Assembly: GCA_036172245.1 (NCBI GenBank)
Contig: JAYWIR010000010.1
Location: 4,650,001-4,714,000, forward strand
DNA: 64,000 nt
DNA from: Raillietiella orientalis
Taxonomy: Eukaryota
Direction: 5' to 3'
Shown here: piece by piece, positions 62,028 to 64,000 of the stretch
Layout of the letters: each line of letters begins with the position of its first letter
How positions within the stretch are numbered: position 1 is the first letter of the stretch
Position numbers and translations under genes: made by a program
Notes under the pieces: generated by a model
What the model was told of the DNA's origin: nothing
Seen by the model: only the letters and a program-made list of their open reading frames with translations
Databases searched by the model: none

Positions 62028-63260
62028 TCAGCACCTTCCTTTAATGAATGTCACATCTGCTTGCAATCCTGTGATCCCTCTCCTCACCACTCTGTTTCAG
62101 TGAACCACCATCTGTTCTGTGGCTGATTCGATGCCTGTCCCTTTTGGCAATTGGTTGTTTTTGCAGTATCTGGAAATTGTTATATATCCATGAAAAGTGC
62201 CAGGATGTAGGCTGCAATGCGATTTTCTTTCATTCAGTTCATGAATGATACGAGTGGTTCCAAGTAACTTGCAACATTAGGCAGTTGTTTACTCCTCCTT
62301 TCATGCAAGGAACGCGACACCTAATAGCGGGTAACTAACACAACCATCGCTTCTCGGCCTTTTGGCTGAGATCAAAGTGTACCATCGTCAAGACCCGTTC
62401 CCGACAGAAAGGCATGATTGAATTCCGGTTCCGTGAAATGGGGAGTGAGCTTCAGAAGGTGGGGAGATGCAATGCCTTCGCTTACACGTGAGGAACGCAC
62501 CGGAAAAGACAAGTGAACAGCTGACCCAAAGAAATGCACACAAGAGAGCGTACAACCAAGAATGCGAACGTTTTCCCTTTGTAAATGTCTTCTGTGCGAA
62601 GGGTGAGGGACTCCAAGCTGCACCTCTCTTTCCAGTAAAACGTAGCTTCTTGGATCGTCATCTGGACCTTATGGCATTTCGGCGCTCTCATCAGCCAAAT
62701 GCATGCGCCCCTTTCGTGTCCTTCAGGTGTGGCTATCGAAGTTTCTGTTGTCAATTCTCCTCCGCAGTCCAGCGGATTGGGTGCTGGGAGAAATTCGCCA
62801 GATTCAGTGGTTGCTTCGAGCAGTCAGAAGCAGGGAAGGCTGAATTCAGTGTTGCGGTTTATGATTTTCAGTTAATCGGAATGAGAGGTGCGCCCAGAAA
62901 AGACTTCCTCAAAGGAAGACCGGCGAAGAATCGAAACCAACAAACACTGCCCCACTTACGATAGTATTCGCCTATTTTCCGTTCACATTTCTTTCCTTGC
63001 GTTCCACGCGGACAAACACACCTGCATTCTGGTCCGGAGTAGCCATCGTTCAGGCATGGATCTCTAGATTTCCTGCATTGCTTCAGCCAGAGATCTTTCT
63101 CACAAATATCGCTTTTTCCAGGAGAGCGATAGGTCTTACCAATGCAGCCATATGCTTTATTTACTAGCAGTTCATCATAGTGACTTTCGTTGGCTCCCAG
63201 AATAGGCTGCTTAAGGATATCTTTCGTCACGATGGCCTCAGAACCATCGACGCTAAAGGT
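62028..63260 (-). CDS. 3' part of an astacin-family metalloprotease (BP10/SpAN-like: astacin C-terminus, EGF, CUB) with an in-frame TGA in the last exon
   Basis: Exons 63260-63140, 63094-62960, 62783-62570, 62169-62028: TFSVDG..SHYDELLVNKAYGCI|DLWLKQC..PCLNDGYSGPECRCVCPRGTQGKKCE..YY|..DCGGELT..CIWLMRAPKCHKV..GKT|YCKNNQLP..MVVH*NRVVRRGITGLQADVTFIKGRC*. Confidence 0.8.
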
Positions 63261-64000
63261 CTGAAAATCAGTTCAATTTGTCTTTTGTTAACCGCTGAGA
63301 ACTCGAAGATCACTGATTTTTCGTTCTCGTGTGCATGTTCTAGGCGACGATGAATCTTGCATGGAGTGCACAAAAAGTATGCAATCGCTTCGAAACAATT
63401 CGCTTCGAAAATTGGGGAAGGTTTAGCCTTCTATTTTGATATATCATTAAGCTAGAACAGCAAAGAATCCGTCTTTTCCAATCCGGCGTGGATGAAGCCT
63501 CTTGCGTTGCATGAGAAATGCTCTTCTTAGGTAGACTGAGGAAAAGGCAAATCGCCATCGGCCGACTTCCGTACCGCGAGGCTTTGAAGACTGTAAGCAA
63601 ATTAGCAAAATGATCACTGGAATAAGTGCAGCGGCTCGCATGACAAATCTGAGGTACTAGGGATTCTTCAGGTCAGAAATTTCTTTCAGCCTGGTTCCAG
63701 GGCAGAAAAATAAACTTGTCCCTCTGTCGCAATTGCAAAGTTCGAGATGGGAAAAAATCAAATAGTCGGTCATTTGCAGGTTAGAATAGAGAATCCAACG
63801 GTTGTTTTATTTTGGGTGCTTTTTGGGGTCAGAGAAGGGCATCCGGAAACAGTGCATGTCTTCGGGAATTTTCGAAAAGAAGAAAACCAAAACATGCAGT
63901 AATATGCCTCATTTAGAACGTTACTAGTGATACACCAAAACATTTCGTGGACTGCAATTTGCTTAACGACGGAATTCTTCTCGAATCATGCAAAGAGCCG

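Noticed and set aside
1..64000. tRNA, rRNA, CRISPR arrays, telomeric repeats, prokaryotic operons
   Set aside because: None seen by eye; the window is intron-containing eukaryotic DNA.

Overview
Eukaryotic DNA from a compact-genome invertebrate with mostly 38-60 nt GT-AG introns; the Kdm2, PGC-1/spargel and BP10-type astacin genes suggest an arthropod, possibly a crustacean (inference). Well-supported genes are MRPS26, a miniature PGC-1/spargel, MRG15 (two inverted copies), an RNF4-like RING ligase, KDM2, TYW1, a CAP-like gene with only the N-terminal half, and the 3' part of an astacin-EGF-CUB gene. The most striking observation is a decayed fragment of Wolbachia/Anaplasmataceae-type ispG (about 6256-6731, minus strand) lying among spliced host exons, a probable endosymbiont-to-nucleus transfer. 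The first 17 kb also shows signs of assembly trouble: a 2.55 kb near-identical inverted duplication with garbled flanks, strand-skewed tracts, and a 1-2600 segment that reads more naturally as its complement. Three convergent gene pairs have stop codons only 8-61 bp apart. The 44-61 kb region is CpG-rich and holds unrecognised, partly frameshifted ORFs. All homology calls are from recalled motifs, not database searches, and I see no clearly new multi-gene system.
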